A stretch of DNA of 46,900 nucleotides from Planctomycetota bacterium (GTDB lineage Bacteria > Planctomycetota > J058): the NCBI GenBank assembly GCA_024711205.1, contig JANJTH010000259.1:1-46900 (forward strand), read 5' to 3'. Below are positions 19,608-28,134 of the stretch, piece after piece. Position 1 is the stretch's first letter. Each line of letters starts with the position of its first letter. Position numbers and translations under genes: made by a program. The notes under the pieces were generated by a model. The model was given only the letters and a program-made list of their open reading frames with translations. It was not told the DNA's origin and made no database searches.

Positions 19608-21454
19608 GCCCCCGGGCTCCCGAGCCGCCTGCGCGCCGCGGCGACGCCCGCGTCGAGCGTGAGGGCGGCCGCGCAGAGCAGGAAGGGCGTGGCTGGGAGG
19701 CGATAGCGCCCCAGGGGCACGGCGGCCAGCGCCGTGATCAGCGCCACGTACACCGCGGAGCCGGCGCAGAGCGCGGCCAGCGGCCGGGACCTGGGCTCGA
19801 CCACGAACGGGCAGGCGAGCGCGAGCACGAGGACGACCGGCGCAGCCGCGGCGCAGAGCGCAGACCAGGCCTCGAGCCACGGCACGTCTCGCTCGCCGAG
19901 CGGGAGGGTCCGCCACGCGGCGGGGGTGAACTCGTTCTCGAGCAAGACGAAGCGGTGGAAGTCGAGCAGGTTCCAGGGCGGCTGGACGTTCACGAGCGTG
20001 CCCCACGCGCACTCCGCGGAGACCCGTGCGAAGCGCAGCGAGTGCTCGCGCAGGCGCTCGAGGTACAGGCGCACGACGAACCGATCGATCTCGGGGTCCG
20101 ACCAGCCGAGCTCGTCCCGGATCGCGTCGTAAGGCCCGAGCCAGGCCGTCTCGCGCTTCGCCCACACCAGGCTCCGGGCGCGCTCGACCGGGTCCTCGGG
20201 CGACGCGCCCGTGGGCTCGAGCGGGGGCATGTCGTAGATCACGCGGTAGAGGAGGTTCCGGCCGGCGGAGCCGGTCACCTCGAAGTGCCCGCGAAAGGCG
20301 TAGTGGTGCGCCATGACGGCGACGACGGGCCCGATCGCCCCCGCGAGCAGCCAGGCCACAGCGGATCTGCGCGGTCTCCAGGGGCCCCGAGCGAAGACGA
20401 GCGCGATAGGCAAAAGGAACCAGAGCTGCAGCGCCTGCCGGGTCAGCGCGGCCAACGCGGCGAGCAGCCCGGCCCCCAAGAGACCCATGCTCGCGGGCCA
20501 GCCCTCGAGATGCAGCGTCCAGAGCAGCGCCACGGCGGCCAGGACGAGGATCGACGTCGCGAAGGCCTCGTGCATGATGGAACTCGCGAACACCGCGAGC
20601 TGGGCGTCGCCGGCCACGAGCACCCCGACGAACGCCCCGGTCCACGGCCTGGACGTGATCTGGCCGACGGTGTGGGCCAGCGCTGCAGCCGAGCACACGA
20701 CGGCGGCGTGCTGCGCGAGGACGAGCGCGACGAGGCGGGCGTGGAGGTCACCCCGCGCGCACGCCTTGACCAGCCAGACATACACGGGCGCCTGGTGCGA
20801 CCTCACCTCGGTGGGCTCGAAGAACGGCGCCTCCCACACGTTGACGTACGAGTCGATCGAGACGACGACCGGGAGGGCGGCGAACACGAACGCGTGGAGC
20901 GCAGCCCCGACGAGGAGCGTCACGGCCACCGGCGACCACCCGTGTGCACCCGCGAGGGACTCGGCGGGCGTGACCCGCGTCAGGGGGCCGAAGAGCGCGC
21001 GCCTGGCCTCGAGCGCGAGCAGGAGCGCAGCCCCCCCGCCGCCGAGTGCCCGAGCCGTTCGCAAGAGATGCGCCCTCCCTTCCTCCTCGGGCAGGGCCTG
21101 CCCCATGAAGAGTGAGACCTGTCCAGCCGCCACCATGGTGAAGGCAGCGCAAGCCAAGCCGACGGCGGAGAGGGCGACACCCGCCGGCTCGTCACTGAGC
21201 GCCGAGCGACCGGAGAGCACCAGAAGGCCGAGCAGCGCGCACGAGACCGCCACGACACCGGCCAGCGGTAGACCACCCGGCGGGAGCCAGACGCTCCCCG
21301 CGACGGTGAGGGCGATCCCGACCCTCAGCGCGCGTCGCGACACGTGTGGACCTGCAGCCGACACGTCCCGGAAACCTCCTGCCGCGGCGTGGGGCGAGAG
21401 GCTATCACGGCGGGCGGCGACCCTCCGCGCGACCCGGCAGGGGACCGGCGTCAC
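19604..21454 (-). CDS. Polytopic GT-C-like membrane glycosyltransferase candidate, paralog 2 (divergent)
   Basis: 616 aa and polytopic. Loop motif VVSIDSYVNVWEAPFFEPTEVRSHQAPVYVWL (D-S-Y), with FASSIMHEAFATSILVL, LTRQALQLWFLLPIAL and the C-terminal AAVPLGRYRLPATPFLLC. GTG start at 21454 (alternative 21343). Confidence 0.65.
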   Translation of the reverse strand: MTPVPCRVARRVAARRDSLSPHAAAGGFRDVSAAGPHVSRRALRVGIALTVAGSVWLPPGGLPLAGVVAVSCALLGLLVLSGRSALSDEPAGVALSAVGLACAAFTMVAAGQVSLFMGQALPEEEGRAHLLRTARALGGGGAALLLALEARRALFGPLTRVTPAESLAGAHGWSPVAVTLLVGAALHAFVFAALPVVVSIDSYVNVWEAPFFEPTEVRSHQAPVYVWLVKACARGDLHARLVALVLAQHAAVVCSAAALAHTVGQITSRPWTGAFVGVLVAGDAQLAVFASSIMHEAFATSILVLAAVALLWTLHLEGWPASMGLLGAGLLAALAALTRQALQLWFLLPIALVFARGPWRPRRSAVAWLLAGAIGPVVAVMAHHYAFRGHFEVTGSAGRNLLYRVIYDMPPLEPTGASPEDPVERARSLVWAKRETAWLGPYDAIRDELGWSDPEIDRFVVRLYLERLREHSLRFARVSAECAWGTLVNVQPPWNLLDFHRFVLLENEFTPAAWRTLPLGERDVPWLEAWSALCAAAAPVVLVLALACPFVVEPRSRPLAALCAGSAVYVALITALAAVPLGRYRLPATPFLLCAAALTLDAGVAAARRRLGSPGA

Positions 21455-21475
21455 GCCGACTCCGCCTGCCTGGGC

Positions 21476-23287
21476 TCAGCGTCCTGGCGCGCCGGCGCTG
21501 CGGGCCTCGAGACCTGGCACGAGCCCGCGCTCCACGAGCCAGCGGGCCGTCGATCTGGCAGCTTGCTCGTGGCCGTCGCGCGACCAGTGTCCGTCGCCGA
21601 ACTCGTAGAGGTGGAGTCGTGCGCGCAGACCGGGCTCGAGGGCAGCGAACTCGACGTTCAGGTCCAGGCACGGCAGCCCGAGAGCGTCGCAGATCGCCTG
21701 GAACTGAAGCGCGGGATGGCGCGGATCGAGCGCATCCGGGTCGGTGACCGGCTCGGCGCCTGGCAGCGCCGCCTCGAACTCCAGCGGCGAAGTGAAGACG
21801 ACGAAGGCCAGGGCGACATCTCGTTCGGCGCACTCGGCCTGGAAGTCCGCGACGAGGGCGCGCGTCTCTGCCCAGGCCCCCTCCCAGATGTCGGCGAACC
21901 GACGAGGCCTGCGGCGGTAGAGGTCCGCCGCGAGTGACTCCTGCTCCCCGCGCAGCGTTCTGAGCATGAGGTCGGCGCGATCGCTCAAGAGGGCGGGGAC
22001 GAGGAGTCCGCGGGTGATCGAGGCCAGGTAGGCGCGGCGCGCCCAGGTCGACGCCGTCGTCTCCCGCGCGATCGCCTCGCGCAGCGGACGGGAGTTGTCC
22101 ATGACGTCGTTCGCGCAGAGGAATTCGACGAGGACCAGGTCCGGTGAGTAGGAGAGGCCAAGCTCTCGGAGCGCCCGCAACGAGTCGGTCTGCCCCCAGC
22201 CCGACCACCCGAGCGCCATGACCTCGATCGTCTCGTCCCGGTCGCCGAGCGCGGCCAGGTCGCGCTCGAGCAGGCGGTGGAACAGGTCTTCGAGGGGGAC
22301 CTGGATCCCTTCGACGAAGCTGTCCCCGAGCACGAGGATCCGGAACACCCCGGGCGGCTTCTGGACGTCGTGGTCGACGTCATGAAATCCGATCGAGTTC
22401 CACCGGACGACGTTGCGTCGCTCGACGGGGACGCGCGGCTTGAGCAGCGGCCCCTCGTATCGCGAGACGCCGCCGGGCTTGTGCCAGCCAGGGTCCGTGC
22501 TGTCGACGATCAGATCTCGATACGGGTTCGGGACGAGGCGCAACGACACCTCACCCAGAGCCAAGATCACGAACAGGAGCGCTGCCGGCACCCCCAGCCG
22601 AAGCAGAGCTCGCCGCCGCGCCCGCGGGCTCCACCCCGCGACGCACCGTCGATGCCAGCTCGGGAGCAAGAGTGCAGCGGCGAGGATCGCCGCGGCCACG
22701 TCGGGCTGGGCCGCTCGAGACGCCCAGATCCCGAGGAAGGTCGCCCACTGCGCGACGACGCGACGCCCCCACGTCGCGTCGCCGCGGACGAGGCGGGCAG
22801 CCTCGGCGATCGAGGGGGTGAGCAGCGCGGCGCCGAGCCAGGAGATCTCGTAGCGCGCGGCCAGACAGCCCAGCACCACGAGCGGTCCGCACGCCGCGAC
22901 GATCCGCTCCGCGCTGGCGACCTCGCGAGCGGTGGAGCCGGGGCCAGGAGGTCGGACGCTGCGCCAGACGCCTGCGAGCCCCCCGAGGCCGGCCCCCCAG
23001 GTCGAGGGGATCGGCAGCAGGAGGCTCGCGAGCGCCGCGAGCTCGAGGGCCACGAGCCCTGGAGTCCGCATGCCGACGGGACACGATCCCGTCCGCAGCG
23101 CGCCCCAGCGTTCGAGGTGGGCCGGCAACCAGACGACGGCGAAGCCGATCGTCTCCACCTGGATCCCGCCTGTGCCGCGCTCCCACGCGAACCGCGCGAG
23201 GAGGGTGAGCGCTGCCACCGCCTCGAGCGAGAGCATCACCCTGGCTTGACGGCGATCTACGAGCTCGGCAGGCGGGGTCGCGGGCAT
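21476..23287 (-). CDS. Polytopic membrane domain (~250 aa) fused to an SGNH/AlgX-like domain (paralog 4)
   Basis: About 7 N-terminal hydrophobic segments, then FRILVLGDSFVEGIQ (block I) and YEFGDGHWSRDGHEQAARS (DxHW...G block V). Confidence 0.8.
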   Translation of the reverse strand: MPATPPAELVDRRQARVMLSLEAVAALTLLARFAWERGTGGIQVETIGFAVVWLPAHLERWGALRTGSCPVGMRTPGLVALELAALASLLLPIPSTWGAGLGGLAGVWRSVRPPGPGSTAREVASAERIVAACGPLVVLGCLAARYEISWLGAALLTPSIAEAARLVRGDATWGRRVVAQWATFLGIWASRAAQPDVAAAILAAALLLPSWHRRCVAGWSPRARRRALLRLGVPAALLFVILALGEVSLRLVPNPYRDLIVDSTDPGWHKPGGVSRYEGPLLKPRVPVERRNVVRWNSIGFHDVDHDVQKPPGVFRILVLGDSFVEGIQVPLEDLFHRLLERDLAALGDRDETIEVMALGWSGWGQTDSLRALRELGLSYSPDLVLVEFLCANDVMDNSRPLREAIARETTASTWARRAYLASITRGLLVPALLSDRADLMLRTLRGEQESLAADLYRRRPRRFADIWEGAWAETRALVADFQAECAERDVALAFVVFTSPLEFEAALPGAEPVTDPDALDPRHPALQFQAICDALGLPCLDLNVEFAALEPGLRARLHLYEFGDGHWSRDGHEQAARSTARWLVERGLVPGLEARSAGAPGR

Positions 23288-23564
23288 CGTCTTGACCCCT
23301 GGTCGGTTTAGGGTACTGCCTCGGGCCCGATCCTACAGAACTCACCGGGGGGTGGTGTCGAAGGCGCGACTGCGTCCACGACACCGGACGGCATCGCCGA
23401 GGCCCGACCATCCAGGGGACAGACGCGCCGGAGCAGGCCGCCCTCGCCTCGAGCGGCTCGACTTGCGGGCCGCCCAGCGAGAGTGAAGCGCCCATGGCGC
23501 CTGGAGGCTCTCCGGTGCCCCTCGCCCTGGTATAGGGTAGTCTTCGGAGCGATGCTGAGGGCTC

Positions 23565-24581
23565 ATGGAACACGGAAGCGAACGCCCCGAGCCCGAGCAA
23601 GTCGGTGGCTCGATCTGGTGGCACTCTCAAACTCGCTACCTGTTCTGTCGGCAGTTCGCCGAGCGCAAGCGGGTCCTCGACATCGCCTGCGCGAACGGCT
23701 ACGGGACGGTCGCGCTCGCCGAAGTCGCGGAGAGCGTCGTCGGGATCGACATCTCCCAGGAAGCACTGGGCCGCGCGAAGGCTCTCAATGGGCACGCGAA
23801 GGTGCGCTACGTTCACGCGGAGCCGCCTCCGCTCCCCCTGCCCGACGCATCGATCGACCTCGTGGTGTGCCTCGAGACGCTGGAGCACCTCGCAGCGAGG
23901 GATCAGCAAGCCTTCGTCGCGGAGCTCTCACGAGTTCTTGCACCGGACGGCGTGCTCATCCTCTCCACGCCTGCGCTCGGGGCAGAGCGAGCCCATGCGC
24001 AGGTCACGGGCGAGTCGAACCCTTACCACCTCCACACCCCCGGCGCTGAAGAGCTCGATGCCCTGCTTGCGGGCTTCCCGTTCATGCTCGAGTTCGTCCA
24101 GCTCGATGCGATCACCTCCCTGGTCGTCCCGGCCGACCCGACCCTGCGCGAGCCCGCCCTGCAGTCGCCGATGGCCCGGTGGGCGATGCGGCGGGGGCCC
24201 GAGCACCCGGTGTCCACTCTGCGTGTCTGTAGCCGGCGCGAGGCTGGCCTCGACTTCGCACGTGCTTCCCGGCCGGCCGTCGTGCACCAAGAGGACCACC
24301 AGCGCCTTCAGCTCCTCTGGCAGGGGCTCGAGCTGAACGAATTCCCCGACGTCCGCGGGCTCGAACCCGAAGATCAGCTCGAGCTGCTGACTGGACGGTT
24401 GCGCAGACTCCAGCGCATGTTCGGCGACGTGAACCGACTGCTCGAGATCATCCACGGAGAGCAGAAGGAGATGCGTCAGCGGGTCGAGGCGATCGACACG
24501 GGGATCGTCGTCCATCGGGTGGTCAACCTCGTCCGCGCGCGGCTGATTCGGCTCTTCGAGAGCGTAGCCTCGAGATCATGA
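23565..24581 (+). CDS. Class I SAM-dependent methyltransferase with heptad-rich (coiled-coil-like) C-terminal tail
   Basis: VLDIACANGYGTVALAE (motif I), VVGIDISQEAL, IDLVVCLETLEHL and PDGVLILSTP. The tail reads ...DQLELLTGRLRRLQRMFGDVNRLLEIIHGEQKEMRQRVEAID... Confidence 0.85.
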   Translation: MEHGSERPEPEQVGGSIWWHSQTRYLFCRQFAERKRVLDIACANGYGTVALAEVAESVVGIDISQEALGRAKALNGHAKVRYVHAEPPPLPLPDASIDLVVCLETLEHLAARDQQAFVAELSRVLAPDGVLILSTPALGAERAHAQVTGESNPYHLHTPGAEELDALLAGFPFMLEFVQLDAITSLVVPADPTLREPALQSPMARWAMRRGPEHPVSTLRVCSRREAGLDFARASRPAVVHQEDHQRLQLLWQGLELNEFPDVRGLEPEDQLELLTGRLRRLQRMFGDVNRLLEIIHGEQKEMRQRVEAIDTGIVVHRVVNLVRARLIRLFESVASRS

Positions 24582-24741
24582 GCAGCGCCCGCGCGGCCTA
24601 CGGGTGCGTCGCCGCGGATAGGCTCGCACCGATCCGCTCCACGGCCGGTTCGAGGCGATCGTTTGGCGGGAACGAGCGTGGACCCTTGGTGACGACCGCC
24701 TCGTGGCACCGTGGTGGGCGCACCAGGGCCGGGTCGCCTGG

Positions 24742-24769
24742 CTTGCCCGACGCAGGGGCGACGGGCAAG
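24742..24769 (+). other. Intergenic hairpin/palindrome (12-bp stem with one mismatch, 4-nt loop)
   Basis: CTTGCCCGACGC-AGGG-GCGACGGGCAAG, read directly. It lies 160 nt after the stop at 24581 and 99 nt before the ATG at 24868. No U-tract follows. Confidence 0.3.
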
Positions 24770-24867
24770 GACGTGGCGGACCGCGTGCTCGAGACCCGAG
24801 GGCCGGACATTCGACGGATCCGCGAAGTCGACCTACGGCTCGAAGGCTCGCGAGCGAGGGGAACGTG

Positions 24868-25755
24868 ATGGAGACGAGAAGTCCGACCGTGCCTCGCTTC
24901 GTCGGCCACTCGGCGGCGATCGGCGCGAAGTTGCTCGCGCGAGCGCGGTCCCACCTGCGGCCACCGCGACTCGTCCAGGCGCTCTCGCTCGCCCTGGGGG
25001 GGCTGCGATCGCACGTCGTGGGCGCTCACGGCGGCCCTTCAGAGCAAGTGCAACCAGCGCAATGCCCAACAGATTCGACAGCGGCCACGACGCCCGACTA
25101 CGACCCTCCCGCCCCGGACGACCTCGTCTGGAGCGAGGAGCCAGAGTTCTCCCGCCTGTTCGCGGCGGGAGGCGAAGTGTTCGGCAATGCCCCGAAGGCG
25201 CGCTACTACGTGCTCAAGGAGCTCCTCTTGTCGATCGGCCGCCTCGACCACGACACGGCCGAGATCGGCGTCTACCGAGGGTTCAGCTCGCACGTGATCC
25301 GCTACTACTCGAATCAGGTCGCGACTCCGGGAGTACGGCACCACCTGTTCGACTCGTTCCAGGGCCTCTCGGAGCCAGCCGCAGAGGATGCGGCGCCACC
25401 CGGCATTCGCCCCTGGCGCAAGGGCGACATGGCGGCGGGGCTCGAGCTGGTCCAGAGGAACCTCTCCGAGCACGACGGGCTGGTCTTCCACCCCGGCTGG
25501 ATCCCGAGCTGCTTCGCGGGCGCAGATGACCTGCGGTTCTCCTTCGTGCACATCGATGTGGACCTCTACGAGCCGACCCTCGCGAGCCTCGACTACGTCC
25601 TCCCGAGACTCGTTCCTGGCGGCCTCGTCGTGTTCGATGACTACGGTTTCGTCTCGTGCCCCGGTGCCCGCCGGGCCGTCGACGAAGCCGTGGCCCGTCG
25701 TGGGCTTCGAGTCGTGCGGCTCACCTCCGGGCAGGCGTTCCTCCGCGCCCCATGA
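24868..25755 (+). CDS. TylF/MycF-like (macrocin O-methyltransferase family) sugar O-methyltransferase
   Basis: EIGVYRGFSS, FVHIDVDLYEPTLASLDYVLPRLVPGGLVVFDDYG (metal-binding D..D..D pattern of the TylF family). ATG at 24868 lies within track ORF 24703..25755, with GAGGGGAA upstream. Confidence 0.8.
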   Translation: METRSPTVPRFVGHSAAIGAKLLARARSHLRPPRLVQALSLALGGLRSHVVGAHGGPSEQVQPAQCPTDSTAATTPDYDPPAPDDLVWSEEPEFSRLFAAGGEVFGNAPKARYYVLKELLLSIGRLDHDTAEIGVYRGFSSHVIRYYSNQVATPGVRHHLFDSFQGLSEPAAEDAAPPGIRPWRKGDMAAGLELVQRNLSEHDGLVFHPGWIPSCFAGADDLRFSFVHIDVDLYEPTLASLDYVLPRLVPGGLVVFDDYGFVSCPGARRAVDEAVARRGLRVVRLTSGQAFLRAP

Positions 25756-25812
25756 ACCGGGCCACCCTTTCCCTCGAGCGAGGGGTGTGGTCTAAGCAGG
25801 CGATCCAACGCT

Positions 25813-27111
25813 ATGTGGGCACTCCGTCTCGATCACGTCCGGAAGGTCTATCGGCTCTACGATCGGCCTGCTGACCACCTCCTCGAGCTGCTCACCTTCG
25901 GCGTCCGCCGACGGCACAAGGAGCTCGTCGCCGTCGAGGACGTGACGTTCGAGGTCGAGGCGGGGACGACGCTCGGCCTGATCGGCCGCAACGGCGCGGG
26001 CAAGAGCACCCTCCTGAAGATGATCAGCGGAAACCTGAGCCCCACCGCGGGGACGATCGAGGTGCGAGGCCGCGTCTCGAGCATCCTGGAGCTGGGCATG
26101 GGGTTTCAACCGGCGCTCACCGGCGGGCAGAACATCCGCATCAACGCCCTCATGCTGGGCCTACGGCCGCCCGAGATCGAGGAGCGCATCCCGAAGATCG
26201 TGGCCTTCTCGGAGCTCGGGGACGCGATCGACCGCCCGATCGCCACCTACTCGAGCGGGATGGTCGCGCGGCTCGCCTTCTCGATCCTGACCGCCGTGGA
26301 GGCGGACGTCCTCGTCCTCGACGAGGCCCTCGCGACGGGCGACGCCGGCTTCATCGCGAAGGGCCGACGCCTGATCGAGGAGCTGCGGTCGCGCGGGAGC
26401 ACCGTGATCCTCGTGTCCCACGAGATGCGGCACATCACGCAGCTCTGCGACAAGGCGGTGTGGATCGACGGCGGCCGGGTGCTCGGTGAAGGACCCGCCG
26501 AGCGAGTCTGCGAAGACTACCTCGCCTCGCTCCCCCGTGTGGAGCCCCCGGCCCATGAGCGCGTCCTGACGCCCACTCGCCTGCTGTTTCGCCTCAGCAT
26601 CCCGCCGAGCGCGGAGGGGGAGGTTGCCTTCCCTGTCGCGACCCTCGGCTACTGGGACGTCGAGCAGCAGCGCGACCTCGGGTCAGCGCAGCTCGCCCTG
26701 CAAGCTCACGCAGACACGAGCTTCGCGGGCACGCGCGAGAACGGCGTCGACGCCGTCGCGGCGCGCGCAGGATGGGGCGAGGTGATCGACGCGGACGGTC
26801 GAGAGGCTCGGGTGTTCCGACTCCGGGCGGAGGCGCCCGCCTACGTCTCCGTGTCGACGCCCTTTCACGGCTCGGGCGGGTCCGTGGTCATCCGGCTCTC
26901 ATTCAGGGACGACACCCCACAGCCCATGCTCGTGGACCTGCTGCACGCAGGGGTGACCACGCGCCTCGGCACCGCGTTCGGCGGCGGTGACGGGAGCTGG
27001 CGCCACGTCGACTTCCGACTGCCCGCCTCGATGCGCTTCGACACGCTGCTGACCCGTGAGTCCGCCTTCGAAGCGGCCAGCGCGCGCTCGGGCGAAGGAG
27101 TCGGCGCGTGA
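25813..27111 (+). CDS. ABC transporter ATP-binding protein of polysaccharide-export type (Wzt/TagH-like) with ~190-aa C-terminal extension
   Basis: Walker A GRNGAGKSTLLK, signature YSSGMVARLAF, Walker B VLVLDEALATGD and H-loop VSHEM. Residues from ~250 to 432 form an extra non-NBD domain. Confidence 0.9.
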   Translation: MWALRLDHVRKVYRLYDRPADHLLELLTFGVRRRHKELVAVEDVTFEVEAGTTLGLIGRNGAGKSTLLKMISGNLSPTAGTIEVRGRVSSILELGMGFQPALTGGQNIRINALMLGLRPPEIEERIPKIVAFSELGDAIDRPIATYSSGMVARLAFSILTAVEADVLVLDEALATGDAGFIAKGRRLIEELRSRGSTVILVSHEMRHITQLCDKAVWIDGGRVLGEGPAERVCEDYLASLPRVEPPAHERVLTPTRLLFRLSIPPSAEGEVAFPVATLGYWDVEQQRDLGSAQLALQAHADTSFAGTRENGVDAVAARAGWGEVIDADGREARVFRLRAEAPAYVSVSTPFHGSGGSVVIRLSFRDDTPQPMLVDLLHAGVTTRLGTAFGGGDGSWRHVDFRLPASMRFDTLLTRESAFEAASARSGEGVGA

Positions 27112-27956
27112 GCCCCCCCAGCCCTCGTCGCGGCGCCGGCCCCACCACGGTCGACGCGTCCCCGCGCGTCCAATGGCTCAAGAACCAGCTCTACGCGCTC
27201 CTCTTCCTCACCTACTACGGCTTCGTCCAGCAGTACAGCCGCGCGGCCCTGGGGCTCCTCTGGTTCTTCATCACCCCTCTCTCGTTGATGGCGATCTATG
27301 GGGCCCTGCTGCAAGGGGTGTACGACGTGCGCCTCCCAGGGGCCGGCAGCAAGGCTTCCTACGCCCAGCTCATCCTGGCGGGGCTCCTCCCCTGGTCGGC
27401 CTTCGCCGACGCCGTCGGCAATGGAGCCTACAGCCTGATCAACAACCCGAGCGTGCTCCGCCACTCACCCATGCCGCCGATCTTCCTGCCGACGGTCAAG
27501 GTGATCCAGCCCTTCCTCGGCCTGGCGGTCGGCATGGCCGTCCTCGTGGCGGCGGGTGCGCTCCTGGGCGACCTCGCGGGCGCGAGGGTACTCCTGGTCC
27601 TCGTCTCCTGCGCGTGCCTCTTCCTGTTCGCGCTCGGGGTCACTTGGATCGTGGCCGCCCTCGCCGCCTACCTGCGAGACGTGACCCAGCTCGTCTCCAC
27701 GCTCCTGCTGATCGGAATGTTCGCTTCTCCCGTGTTCTACACCCCGTCGATGATCCAGGGCATGCCGGAGGTGGTCCAGGTCGCCATGCGGGCCAATCCG
27801 CTCTCCGCATACATCGGTCTGTCGCGGGCAGCGTTCATCTCCAACCCGTTCGATCCGTTGGACGTCGTGCTCGGCGTCCTGTTCGCCCTCGTCGCGCTCG
27901 CCCTCGGCGCCGTCGTGTTCCGCAGGCTCGAGCCAGGTCTTGCGGATTGCGTATGA
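27108..27956 (+). CDS. ABC-2 type polysaccharide export permease (Wzm/TagG/KpsM-like)
   Basis: GTG start overlaps the upstream TGA (GTGA at 27108-27111). About 6 hydrophobic helices. N-terminal ...LLFLTYYGFVQQYSRAALGLLWFFITPL is typical of ABC-2 permeases. Confidence 0.85.
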   Translation: MSPPSPRRGAGPTTVDASPRVQWLKNQLYALLFLTYYGFVQQYSRAALGLLWFFITPLSLMAIYGALLQGVYDVRLPGAGSKASYAQLILAGLLPWSAFADAVGNGAYSLINNPSVLRHSPMPPIFLPTVKVIQPFLGLAVGMAVLVAAGALLGDLAGARVLLVLVSCACLFLFALGVTWIVAALAAYLRDVTQLVSTLLLIGMFASPVFYTPSMIQGMPEVVQVAMRANPLSAYIGLSRAAFISNPFDPLDVVLGVLFALVALALGAVVFRRLEPGLADCV

Positions 27957-28134
27957 CGGCGCGGCCGTGAAGCGAGTCCCGCGGCGGCCGCTGCGCTGGA
28001 CCGTGTACCAGGTGATCCCCTCAGGACGCAGGGGTCAGCGAACTGTGGGGACTGAGCGAGGTCTCGCCAGGTCCCCATGTGCTTCCGGGCCGGCGTAGAC
28101 CGTGACTCGCGGCGGGCCTCCTGAGGCAAGCTCC

